DNA from: Cycas panzhihuaensis
Lineage: Eukaryota; Plantae; Cycadophyta
Reading direction: 5' to 3'
Length of the DNA stretch: 64,000 nt
Assembly (NCBI GenBank): GCA_023213395.1
Contig: CM041465.1
Location: forward strand, 60,333,741-60,397,740
This document shows positions 14,027 through 27,886 of the stretch, piece by piece. Both the position numbers and the translations under genes were made by a program. The notes beneath the pieces were generated by a model. That model was not told where the DNA came from. It worked only from the letters and a program-made list of their open reading frames with translations, and did not search any database. The stretch's first letter is position 1. Each line of letters begins with the position of its first letter.

Positions 14027-14682
14027 TGTTAGATGATGTGACAACAATGTTTTGGAGGCTAAAATTTTGACAGGTTGGCAGCGCAGTTTCCCCCCTAAAC
14101 GTTTTTGGGGGGATCCAAGGGGGTCTAGAGCCCCCCTTGGCCGGGGGTGCGGGGGGGTCAAAACCCCCCCTACAAAGAGGGGTTCGGGGGCGGTAACCCC
14201 CAACCAAAAAAGCTAGCACTAAAAAGCATACTAAATTGTAAAGAGAATTGGGGTCGTTTGTTCAAAATACTCCTGATTTGATTGTCAAAATTTATGTCTT
14301 GTATGACTCTCTCATATAGCCTGATTTAGGGTGTTTTTTCATTACATTGATGGTGTTCGATGTATTGGATGTACTGTGTTGAGAAGAGGCGGTTGGTTGT
14401 TGTTGCTGTGAGCATTCTGTTGCAAATTATGTACATTTCTCCATTCTTTGATAATAAAGATCGATACCTTTCCTGTGTGGATGTTTCCCTAGCACACTGC
14501 TAGGGTTTTACCACGTTATATGTGATGTATTTGTGATGTTTTGGCTTTTTGATTTATTTATTGTATTATCTCTGGTTTAAAAACTTGCATGTTAAATTTC
14601 AGTTTCAATTCCTGTAACTAGTTGCAAAATAGTTTAGATCTTGGTGGCGGTTTCCAATTATTGGGACCTAGTTTTTTCAACA
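14027..14682 (+). mobile_element. Solo LTR with GC-rich G/C-run hairpin cluster
   Basis: TGTT...AACA termini; TSD GACCG/GACTG. Confidence 0.85.
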
Positions 14683-14939
14683 GACTGACCCACTGAGATC
14701 AACCAAACCCATGGTCGATCATCATCAATCGGTCGATCCCGTGGGTTGATCATCCATGGGATTGACCAAAACCACGAGTGATTGGCCTGTGTTTTGGTTG
14801 ATCCTGCTGGTCGGCTGGCGACCGATTTAGTTGGATGACGATCAATTAATTTCAGCAGTCGGCCAAGGACTAGCCAATCTTATTTGGCTAGCTGGACAAG
14901 GTAATGAACCAATCCCGACGGTTGGTCGATGACCAAAAG

Positions 14940-15180
14940 ATCTCGACGGTCGGCTGTTCTGACTGTATAGCTGCCAATCGGCTAATGCCAGTAGTCGGTC
15001 AACAACTTGTCAATCTCATCGGCTAGCCAATTCGGCCAGACAACTACTGATCAGCTGAACTCGACAGTCGGCCGATCCGACTATATAGCTGCCAATCGGC
15101 CAATGCCAACAGTCGGCCAACGACCTGTCAATCTCACTGGCTAGCCAATCTAGTTGGACAACCACAGATCAGTTGAAATC
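14940..15180. repeat. Two ~118-bp tandem repeats in the pol/extra-ORF spacer
   Basis: TATAGCTGCCAATCGGCYAATGCCA...TGTCAATCTCA repeated. Confidence 0.8.
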
Positions 15181-15191
15181 GGTGGTTGGCC

Positions 15192-15818
<627 letters not shown>

Positions 15819-16029
15819 CTAAAATTATTTTATTTTATTTTTCTTTCTTGCATGATATATGTTGCTGTCATTCGATTTAATTGTCACCACTTGGACCAAA
15901 TATGACATCTTGTCCTTAAATATTCCCTTTCATTATCTCAGTCTCTCACTACTCCTAAATTAGCAGCTTGTACTAGAGATATTCCTTTATTATTATTGGT
16001 TTTATACACTTTGAGTTTCAAACCATTTA

Positions 16030-19000
16030 CGATAAATGTTTGTAGGCCTTTATCAATGTGGGCTAGTTTAACTATCCCATTATCAAATATTCTTTTTTAC
16101 CATAAATGGTCCCAACCATTTGATCTTAAGTTTACATGGTTTAATGAAGCATTTACCATCATATTTTAGGATGAGATCTTCTTCCTTAAATACCATTGAG
16201 TGTAGTGTCTTCTCATGCCATTTTTTTCTACATTGTTGTACCATATCCATTACCCATTATGCTTGTGCTCAATTCTCGTCCAAGGCTAAAATAGCTTCCA
16301 AATAAGTTTGAAGATTGGACATATCTGGCCATCGTTCTTGCACAACAATTCTTAGACTTTGTACTAGAAATTCTATAGGAAGAATTGCTTCTGCTCCATA
16401 CATCAATTGAAATGGGGAATGTTCGGTGGTAGTTTTGTAACTTGCCCGAAAGGCCCATAAGACTGAGTATAGTTGTTCTGCCCAATCATTTCTATTTGTA
16501 TTACATTTTGGTTAACATTGTTACTATTATTTTATTACTTGATTCAACCTGTCCATTGGCGCGTGGGTAGTAAGGGGTCGACTTATGATGTGTGATCATG
16601 AATTCTTGTGTTAGGCAATGGATTGTGTCATTTATAAAGTGTGTTCCTTTATCACTCACAATTTCTAATGGATAGCCGAATCTTGTAATAATATTTTCAT
16701 AAAGGAATATAGTTGTACTTCACACTAAATTGACAACCAAATCTTGTAATAATATTTTCATAAAGGAATATAATTGTACTTCGCCCTGAATTGTCTTGAG
16801 GTGCCTTTGCCTCGACCGATTTTGTAAGGTAGTCTGTGGTGACTAGTGCTTTGCTTGTGTAATAATATTTTCATAGAGGAATATAATTGTATTTTGTGTT
16901 GAATTGTCCTGAAGTGCCTTTGCCTTGGCCCATTTTGTAAGATAGTCCGTAGCAACTAATATATATTTTGCTTGTGTTATTTGTGCAACATGTTTGAAGG
17001 GTCCTGCGAAGTCCAAACCCCGATGCTCAAAAACTCCTTGAGCTAGGGAGGGTTGTAAGGGTATAAAATGATGCTCCAAGGGTCATCCCATTTGTTGACA
17101 TATGTCACATTTAGAGACATTCTTTTGTATCCTTGAACAATTGAGGCCACCATAACCCTGACAGCAAGATTTTTCGAGCTGTAGAATTGTGTCCAACATG
17201 ACCTCTTGCAGTTCCTTAATGGGCTTCCTTTACCACTGCTTGAACCTCTTCTGGCATTACACATCTGCACAATACATGATCCTTCCCTAGTTTATACAAG
17301 AATCTTCCTATTAGTTGATAAGGGCCTACCTTTTCTATGAGTTCTTTATGTTGTTACGAAGTCATATCAATAGGGAATGATCCTGTACTCAAGTATCTTG
17401 TTATGTTTTCATAACCAGGTGGAGTAGATATCACTTGGAATAGTTTTGCATGGGGAAAATTGTTGTTTATTCCAATGGGTTCTTCTCTTGTCTGAATTCT
17501 AGATAAGTTATCTGCAGCCACATGTGTGCGACCAGGTTGAACTATCACTTTGAAATTAAATTTTTGAAGTAATCATAACCATCGACTTATTCTTTCCTGG
17601 ATGATAGGTTTGTTAATCATATATAAAAGATCTTGATGATCTATAAAAAATATAAAGGGATTTGCTAATAAATTGTGTCAAAATTATTGGACTGCATAAA
17701 TCATTCCTAATCCTTCTATCTCTGTTGTTAATTTGGCTTTGTTCAGTCATCTACTGGCAAAGTAGATAAGTAGATCAAGTTTGTGACTTCCTTCTTGAGC
17801 CAATGTATAGTATAACCTATTGCTATTTGTGAAGCATTAACATGAACATGAAACTCTTTTGACCAGTCAAGATGAGCTAAAATTGGGGCTGTAATAAGTC
17901 TATATTTAAGGTCTTCAAATGTTGTTTGTTGTTGATTCCCCTATATGAAATATATGCCTTTACGTAGTAATTTTTTTAGGGGGCGAGCGATGTGAGCAAA
18001 CCCTATTATTACCTGGTGGTAGTATCTGATGTGTCCAAGGAATGTTCAAACTTCCACAACATCTGTTGGTGGGGCTAAATTCATTATGACTTTGAGTTTG
18101 TCAAGATTTGTTTTTAATCCATGTGGGCATAAGATGTGTCCCAATAGCTTTCTATATGGAACCAAAAAATGGCATTTTTCTAGATTTAGTGACATTCTTG
18201 CTTTTTGACAAACTTCCAAGCACTCTGCTAATAGGGGAAAATGGTCTTTAATATTATCATAGATGGACCAATCATCTAAAAATATCTTAACAGATTTTTA
18301 TGACAATTGGTGAAATAAATGCATGATGATTCGTTGAAATGTTGCAGGGGCATTGCAGAGTCCAAAGGGCATCCGATTATAAGCAAAAATTCTAGATTGT
18401 GTGATAAATGTGATTTTTAACTTTTTTTTTTCGTAATACTAATTTGGTTGTAACCAAAAAATCCATCTAGGAATGTGTATATCTCACGCCCTGTGACTTC
18501 TTCTAGAATTGTATCAGTAAAGGGAATGGGAAATGGATCATTGCAAGTCACTACATTCAACTTTCGAAAATCAACACAAATGTAGAGTTTTTCAGTTTTC
18601 TTAGGTACTACCACAGTTGGTGAGACCCATTCACTTGTTTTGACCTTAAATATAATTTCGGCATCTAACATTTTTCTAATCTCTGTGTCCACTTGCTCTG
18701 CATATTTGGGATTCATTTGATAAGGCTAATGTTTTACTAGTTAAGATCTTGGTATTAATTCAATTTTATATTCACATAATTCTCTTGGTATTCCTTTCAA
18801 GTCTTTATATGTCCAAGCAAAGACATCCTTGTATTGTAAAGAAATTTTTGTAGTTGTTGCTATTAACATCGGTTCCTATTTATTGCCCATTATTATTATT
18901 TATATGTTCTATTCAGCTCTTAAATTAATTGGTTGTTGTGGTGCTTCATCATAGAAAATTTGCTCCTTATCAAAGTTGTGTGTAGATTTCTGAAGTATTG

Positions 19001-21330
19001 CTTGGTTTCCTTTAAGGACTTTAGAGAATTAATTGGGGTATTCGTGTTTATGATTATATGTATCTTGTATCTGATAAGCATTCCTGCAGCCTAGTGGTTC
19101 TATATCAACTAAATAACATGATGGTGAATATAATTCATATTCTTGTTGTTGTTAATGAAACAATCCACTATTTGATTCCACCTCATCCTTTGAACACATA
19201 TCCAAATACAAAACACCTACAATTGGTTCGCATATATTATCATTGTCAAATATTGTACATAGGGGATGTTGATCCTCCTTGACATCATTAACATATTCTT
19301 TATCATCATTGTCTTTATTGGTGGAACTAGAGTTTGTTATTTCCTTGCTTATGGTATGATGATTTAAATTGATTAATTGTTTCTTTCCTTTTTGCTTGAT
19401 TATTAGTGTATTACGTCTCCAATTCTAAAGTATGTGTGTGACATGCAACCAAGGCTATTCTAAAAGTGCATCATATGCTAGAGACATTCTGTCGATCATG
19501 GAAATAACAACAAAATTTGCCACAATTTCTTGATTCTTGATGTGAATTTTTTGAGTTAACATCATTCCTAGTGGTTGTACACCATCTTGGTTGGCCAATC
19601 ATAAACGAAATGCAGAAGGCCATAATGTAGTCCTACCAATCTTTTGCCAAGTCGTTATTGGTATAATATTGATTCTAGCACCCCTGTCTACCACTGTGTT
19701 ATTCAAAACATGTTCTAATAAAGTCATTGAGACCGTTATATCTTGATCCACTCTTAGACAGCATGCATAACATTCTAATTGAGAATTGTGTACAGTCGGA
19801 ATGTTAGGAATGTTGATTTAATCTTTTGTAGCAACTGGCAGTGTCCCTTCTTAGAAAGACTCTTTTTGTTTTATCTTCATTTGTTGTATATGTTCTTTGA
19901 GTACTTGTAGAGGTAATGGATTGTGTTTAAGTAATGTTGAAATTTGCATAGTTATCTCACTTTGTAGAAATTGATCAATTAACATAGTAGTGGCTTCATT
20001 ACCTCGTGCTATAGTCCTCCTTGGTAATTGTGATGATGTTTTATCTTACTGCAAAAATCCTAGAATTGTTGATATGTTTTGCTTTTGCTCTTGTGTTGAT
20101 CGTATTGAATCTTGGGCTTGGTGCATGCGCTCTTTCTCCTCAAAAGGGTCGGGATAGTCAAGTTTCTTGGATCTTCTCGTGTACACTACATATGCTGGTA
20201 GAGTTTGCGCAACCTCCTTACCCTTAGTAGACTCTATGTCCACGAGGTTCACAGTCTTGTTTTGTTGTTGTGGACAATGATCGTCATTGTGGTCACTAGG
20301 TTTGCACCATCGACATAATGCTGAAGTAGTGTTTTCTAAGTTGGGACAATTTCTACTGAAGTGTCCCCGTAGTTTACACTGAAAACATTAAACCATAAGC
20401 CGTCCTTGAATGTCTCTTGGTATTAATTGGCTTGATCCACGTCCCCGTCCAAGAGAAAGTTTGTTGGTTTCTTGCCGTGTGAAGAACACCTCTTGCTCTT
20501 ATCGTCTGCGCGTATGTATGTTGAATCCACATTCTTCTATATCATGGTTATTCATTTTGCAAATATGGCGGTACTTAAAAATTTGATTTTCGAACATTCT
20601 GATTCTATATGCCCTTTTTGATTTTTCGGACATTCTGATTCTATCTGTCGTTTTGTTTTACATTTAATGCACCATATTTGTCATCTTTCCTTCAGTTGGT
20701 GTTGCGTGAAAATTTTCATCACCCGCATCAAATCCTTTTTTAATGCTTTGATAGTAGAAGAGTCGTCTTTAGTTTCTGCTTCCATAGTTTTATCTTGATG
20801 CCATGCTTATGCTTTATCCTCTATTTTGAAACTCATTGCACAGTTGGTTGCCTCTTGGTATGATGAAGGGGGAACTATTCGAATTTTTGTTCGATACCTT
20901 AGAAGTAATCATTCTAAAAATCATATTTTTCTTAATCCATCAGTTACTTCACTTTCCATCCTTTTGATTAGGCCTTTTAATTTCGTATTATAACTTCTAT
21001 CTCCTTGGCTTCTTGTTTAAGGTTGTATATTTGATCCACTACCTCACTATCATCTTATAACAATTTGAATTCCTTCTTAAAGGCTTCCTGTGAGTCGTTC
21101 CATTTTTTAAAGTGTCCTTTGTTGAATTCTTTGAATCAGTCATTCGTGACATATCGTAAAGTTACTGAAAATGCCTACAACCAATGATCTTTATTTGTCT
21201 CACCATTTGTCATCCATATTGTTTTGCACATGTTACAATGTTGAGTTGGATCTTCATCCGCTTTTAAATTAAATGTTGGTAACTTCTGTTCTGCACCTTT
21301 GGACATCACCATCATTGATGCTAATGGCTT
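16030..21330 (-). pseudogene. gag-PR-RT-RNaseH-integrase of the Athila/Tat-like element, with many stops
   Basis: RT SEWVSPTVVVPKK...CVDFRKLN...FLDGFFGYNQI (18417-18716); INT GLDFAGPF...YILVATDYLTKWA (16843-17079); Cys/His knuckles ~20280-20390. Confidence 0.9.
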
Positions 21331-24300
21331 AACTAGAGATCTTGTGTGCCTTAATTGTGATAACCTTCGTTATCTGAAGTCATTCTTTTGTTTTCTTGCT
21401 TTTCGTTTGTGATATTTTCTGAACAGGGTTGTCTTTGTTTAGGGCTTGTACGCTTTTATTCTTGCATAGCTTTATTGATTGAGGATTGCTCTTGTTCTTC
21501 TAGACTTAAGTGGGAAACACTTCTTCAGTATCTTTTAAGTTTGGGTTGGGCTCGTGTTGTTGATCCCAGATTTGCCACACTTGTCATGCTTGATTTATGA
21601 TCGACCAATCAATTTACGTTAATGTCTTGGACCTGCGTTGTCTTGACGTACGTATTTGAGCGAATCTTCTCGCTTGGACTTGTTGGTTTGTCTCCTATTG
21701 AGTTATCACATTTGCATGCTTAAAAATGTATGTTGTTTGTTTAGAGTCAGGTATTAGATTTGAACATGGTCCAAGATATTAGCAAGCATTACGGGCTCCC
21801 GAACTATAATATTCTTGAGATAATATACAATAATACCTCGTCGAACTAAGAAGGTTTTTAATTCATTAATAATTTTGAGATTTGCATTTGTGAATTGGAC
21901 GTGCAACAATTCTCTTAGTAATGTTTGGTTCCCATACTGGTTTCATATTTTCATATGTTCTAAACTTGCTATCACTGCTTTACTCTATGTTGTCTCATTC
22001 CTAGGTTGGCAACAGCGCCAGATGTTAGTTTATCATACACAGATTTTCCTAGGAAGAAAGAGATAACAATATTTTAAACATGATAGCATCAACACAGTAA
22101 TATCTTATGTATAATATTCTACACCAAAAGTGATTTATAAGATGTGTGCAAAAACAATATCTTCTATGTTATATCAACAATTGATCACATCATTAAGATC
22201 ATGTACAACAGGATAAGATATGATCATTCCACACTAGTTTGTACTACCCATTAGTGTCAAGATGCGCAACATCACATGCCTCCCATCTCCTATATATATA
22301 TGTACATATCATTGGAAACGTCGTCTTATAACAACTTCCAACTACTTGACTTAACTATTCGTTTTGTTGACATAACATCCGATAATTATAACAAAATGTG
22401 TCTAACATATGCTATTAGCCTGTTTTTATAAGTTTAACTTCCTATTCTCATATGCAATTGGTCGATCATTTTGCAGGAGGGATACCTTGATTTCAGTTCC
22501 TGAAGCGTCACATTTTATTGCAAACGGTTGAAAATAATTAGGCATTGCTGGAATTAGAGCAATGGTGAACTCATTCTTGAGAGTGGTAAAATTTTGATTG
22601 GTCGTTTCCTCCCATTTGAATACATTGTTCTTGCATAAATATGTCAATGGCCTACAATTGTGGCATAACCTTTAATGAATTTTCTACAATACCTAGTAAG
22701 TCCTAGAAAGCCTCTAACCTTTGAGACGTTCTTGGAAGTTTGCCAACTAATAACGGCCTATACATTTGCTGGATCAATCTTTACCCATTCCTGAGATATT
22801 ATGTACCCTAAATAGTGTAATGTTTTTCTTGAAAAGTTACATTTGGATCTCCTTGAATAAAATTTGTTAGTGCATAATGTTGATGGCACTAATTCTAGGT
22901 GTTGGAGATGTTTCTCCCATGTCCTGCTATAGATTAGAATGTTGTTAAAGAAAACCATGATAAATATCTTTAAAAAAGGTGTAGATTCCCAATTCATTGT
23001 CATTTGGAATGTAGCTAATGCATTAGTAAGGCCAAAAGGCATGACCTTAAACTTGAATAGTCCCTAATGTTCAAAAGCCTATTTTTTTGTGTCTTATGGG
23101 TGGATTGGAATATGATAATATCTTGAACGAAGATTGATTTTGGAGAAGTAGGTAGCTCCATGTAGCTCATCAATTATATCATCCATTTGAGGCATCAGAT
23201 ATTTGTTTTAAATTGCTATCTTGTTCAGTGCTCAATAGTCTACACACATTTGAAAAGATCCATCTTTCCTCTTGACTAGGACTATGGGTGCAACATATGG
23301 CCTTTTGCTAGTGGTTACTGCTCCATTATCTATGAGCTCCTAATTCAAGTTCTCAATCTCAGTTTTTTGTTTGTGTTTGTATTGGTAAGGCTTGACTATT
23401 ATTGGTACTTTTTTTGGCTCAATCTCAATGATATGTTCCATACTCCTACTAGGTGGCAAGGTGTTCAGTAGTTCATGAAATACTTTTGAGTGCTACTAAA
23501 GTACTTTGTTTAGTTCCTCTTGTTGTTGGGTGTCTAAAGACTCTTTTTATTGTTTTCCTTGTATGGTGAAGATCCTTGTTATGAAACCTGCTTGCCCCTT
23601 TTGTAATAATTTGCCCATTTTCTTTGTTGGAACAAATGATGATTTTAGAGTCTCAATCCTTGAAATTTGGTGCAATTGCCAATTCATATAAAACTAGATG
23701 AAGTTTTTGTCATGGTTGAGTCCATATGTTCCCAAAGTCCTTAGCCATTCCACTTCCATTACTAGTTCAAAGCCTTTGACATTGAAGATGTAGAAATATG
23801 TGGTGATCATATTGAATTTATTATTGCTTAATTCTTCCATGGCAGGGAATGGAATCTCCTCCATGGATGGTAATGTCCAAGTTTCTTTCCTTATTTACAT
23901 TGAATCCTAACCTCTTGGAAACAATAACATCAATAAAGTTATGGGCGCTCCTTGCATCAATAAGAACAATAAGCTTTTGTTTTTGAATGTATCCATATAT
24001 CTTGATGGTATTGTGCCGTTAGATTTCAGATAGGGCAACCATAGATATTTTGTGTTGCTTATTATCTAAGATTTGAGCTCTTAGTAATTTTTTGCATTGC
24101 TGATCATCTAGGATGACTATTTACTCCTCTCCTTGCTCTTCCTCTATCTCTTATTCTTAGTCATCTTTTATTTTTGTTATATATACTTGTTTCCTTTTAG
24201 GGAAAATAGAAGAGTGTCCTCGTTCTCATTTTTGCTCACAATCATAATAGGATCCTTGAGCTCTCCTTCTAGCTTTTTTTGGATCTTCTTTGATGAGGGG

Positions 24301-26076
24301 TCTAAAATTGGTGGGTGGAATTGATCCCCTTGGTAGTATGGCTATCCTCTTATTAGGCGAAATATAGGGCATTACTCTTTGACTAGCATTTTGTCTAACC
24401 ATTGTGGCTATGTGGCATGCTTCCATCTATTATGCCTTGCTTATTGACTTTTCTAGAGTTGGTGGTTTAAACTATTGGACATCCTCACGCATGTCATCTT
24501 GAAGGTTGCTTATGTAGAATGGTAAGGCATCTTTGCCCATGGCATTACACTTAATCTGTAGCCTTTCAAATTCTTCCATATAATTGGCTTACTGAATTTT
24601 TGCCTTGGAAATAAGCTAATTGTACATGGTATGGATCTCCCCAAATTTCTTCTATTCATTCCTTGAAGGCATCGATAGACTTATTGAATTATGTGACTCT
24701 CTAATGTTCTCGTCTTCATGTAGATGCCTTGATGTATAAGGGTCCTTTAATGGATTTTATGGTGATGTCCAATTGGTCCTTGGCACCTATAATGTTCAAA
24801 ACTTTGAATGCATTCTTAACATTTGTTATCCATTTGTTAGATTCTATGTCACCATGTTGGGAGTAAAATGGTATTGTGTGGTTAGGTCAGAATAGTGGTA
24901 TTCTTGTTTCCATGGAATTTTCTACTCATTTTTTATTTCTTCACTACTATTCTTTACTCCTTTGATTCTTTTAATTCTTTCACCTATGTTTTTTAATAAA
25001 TGCTGCCACTTATTTCTCAAGTCATTTGAGACAAGAATAAATTTTTTCTCCTAGAAAATTTGGCATCTTGGCTCTCTTATCATATGCAACTTCAAATGGC
25101 TTATGAGTACCAAATCATAGATCCAATGTTAAGTTTGCTAGTTGTTCTATGATGTCTTTTGTTGTCTCTAGTATCTTTCTTCTTCTTCTTCTATAAGGAA
25201 GTTTTGGTATTAAAATCAATTTTTAACTAAAATTTGTACTTCAATTACTCATCTAAATGCATCATCCAATAGCTCAAAATGATAACATTTGAATTAAGAG
25301 TCCAATGGTTCAAACATAATCAAATTTTGATACCTGTAGCAGAAGCTATGACCTTTTCAAGGTGAATAAAAATTTAGGGTTTTGGGGATTGCAATAGTAC
25401 CTATTACTACAATGATGATAACTTTTTATCTTGATACCTAATTGAATTGAAACCAATTTCAATAGAAAGTAGACTTCAGGGTGCACCTATTCAAAAAAAA
25501 AGAAAGAAAGGTCAATTGAATATTTGTAGCAGAAGTTATGGTTATTTAAAGTTGTAGTAGTAGATTTAAGGCGATATAGATAGTGACTGACAATAGGTTG
25601 GAATTGGATTCCTTATAAATTTTGTAATTTTGTTACGAACCTTGCAATATAACTACTCAAAATTTACAACACGAGTCTAGTCGTCTCAAATTTACAACAA
25701 GTTTTCGAAATTCAATTGTCTACACCCCAAAAATCGTAGATCTCGATAATTCCATTAATTAGCCAAATTGAGCTCTAATATCATGTGTGATGAACCCAAA
25801 ACTAAAATAGAATAAAATTTTTGAATTACGATAAAAAATTATATCAAAATCATTGTCGGCCCTAAAGGCGCCAAAATGAATAAATTTCGAATCAAAATGA
25901 ACTTATGATTCTAAAGTCTAAAATGCAAGCCTTTATATAGTGGCTTATTTTGATTATTATAATTATATTTGAAGTTGGTATTTTTCTTAGGTTGCGTGAA
26001 TGCAACATTACTTTAATTATTTTAGTCATTTTTAATTCCTTTTGAAGTTGGTATTTTTTTATGTTGTAGAAACACA

Positions 26077-26682
26077 ATAGTCAAGCTGAGTCTCCAAGTC
26101 AAGCCACTAAAACAATTCCAAGTAGTGATTGCTAATGGAAACAATATGCAATGCAGGTCTTTTTGTGACAAGGTATGCCTTAAGCTCTTTGATTACTTAT
26201 TGAAAATGTGTATGCTTGTCGTGCCTATTAGATGTGTTGAGGTAGTGCTAGGCATACAATGGCTAAAAACGTTGGGAAATATAGTCACAAATTATAGAAC
26301 ACGTTTCATGAGTTTCCTTAAAAAAGGGCGCAAATACAAATTGCAAGCACCACCTACACCCCCTTCATGACCAGTCTCATTTCATTGCATGGAAAAGTTG
26401 CTCAAAAAAAATCCTTAAACATATCTCATGTTTTGCTATAAGATCTTAATACAAGATGTTCCATTTGAAGTTCAAGTTATCATAGACCAACATGATAGAG
26501 TCTTTTAAGACATTTCCAAGGGGCTACACCCACCTCGTGACAATGAGCACACAATAGATTTAGTAGCAGGAATTGCACCCCTAAACAACTAGCCTTAAAG
26601 AGATCCATACCACTTCAAGAAGGAAATGGAACAAATCACCAAGGATTTTCTTAAGCAAGGAGTTACCGTACTTAGTTCTAGT
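26077..26682 (+). pseudogene. Protease and RT start of the outer chromovirus
   Basis: VIANGNNMQC...VVLGIQWLKTLG; GLHPPRDNEHTIDL; continues at 34173 (PFAS.VILIKKRDGS). Confidence 0.85.
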
Positions 26683-27346
26683 TGTTAGATTAATGTTCAT
26701 ATGTGGATGAAATAGGATAGGTGAATCGTAGGAGGTACAAAGTCCTAAATGGACTTGTGACAAGTGCTAGGGCAGTTACAGATACTTTTGTTGACCGTTA
26801 GCGATCCTGCTTGTATATTAATTTGTTGTGTATTATGTGTAGGTGATTGAGTTGGGTAAATGAGTTCTTAATGAATAGAAATTTTCTTTGAGAGGTAGAC
26901 CAATTCTACTTATAAACCTGTGTCTATATGCTTTTTGTTTGGTTCCATATTTCGATCCTTAATTCACATTTGGTATCAGAGTGGGTCACTATTACGGGTT
27001 GTAGATCAATTTTGTAGCCAATAATATATGGAACTGTGTAGGTTTTGAGTTTAGTCTCTCCCATGCAATCTCACAGTTTGCCTTTTTGCTTAACCAATGG
27101 AGTGAAATGGATAAACATGTAACTAGAGAAAATAATGGTTTGGCATGTTTGTCAGGAGTTGTATTCAAATTTTTCTCTCTTAAGAAGCCCTAATTGTTGA
27201 CATACTACCCAAAGTTGACACCATTTTAAAACCCAAAGTTGACACCATTTTAAAGCACCCTTGGCTGCCTTAGTGTAGGTTGGAGAAACAAACAGAGTGT
27301 TGATGCCCCTCCACACGCACAAACACAAATCTAGGTAACTAGCTAC

Positions 27347-27869
27347 CTTGCAAGAGCCCCACAAAGACAGGAGAGAACTACCCAATTTCTACTACAGTAG
27401 TTTGACCCTGAGATGCTCTAGCTCAAATATGCTTCGTTATCTCTGTAACAAGAGATAGGCAATCCACAGTAGCTTCATGGATACCTCCCATTTGATTATA
27501 GACAAACATACTTGATAAAAGAATTGCCAAATAAAATATCTGTGTATTGTATGTCCCAACTCGATCATATGCATCAATGCCTTCACTATCGAAAAGCAAG
27601 AGATTATACTTAGTTCCATCAAGTGCAGTCAGTTTCCATGGGGAACTCCATATCCAAAGCCCTTTTGTGCATGGTCAATGAGTAGATGCAACTTGAAACC
27701 CACTACTCCTTTGTAACAACTGATTTAGGATGAAGCTTTTCCTTTGGCATGCATAGCCATAGACAAAAATGACGCCCAAAGGTCCTCTAACAAGTTGCAG
27801 AGTGGCGATGGCTTTGGAGTACATTCTAAAATTTCCCTTTTTGTCACAGTATATGAGTTTTAGAGGCAT
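27347..27869 (-). pseudogene. GBPL3: Processed fragment of a guanylate-binding protein (GBPL3-like) GTPase domain, antisense inside the copia leader
   Basis: PLKLIYCDKKGNFRM...KSFILNQLLQRSSGFQVASTH*PCTKGLWIWS...LLLFDSEGIDAYD..GTYNTQIF.LAILLSSMFVYNQMGG...TKHI...FSPVFVGLLQ, then AG|GTAGCT. Confidence 0.9.
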
Positions 27870-27886
27870 CTTAAATCTCATTCTTT

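Noticed and set aside
27206-27254. 24-bp tandem duplication ACCCAAAGTTGACACCATTTTAAA x2
   Set aside because: Simple local slippage with no further structure
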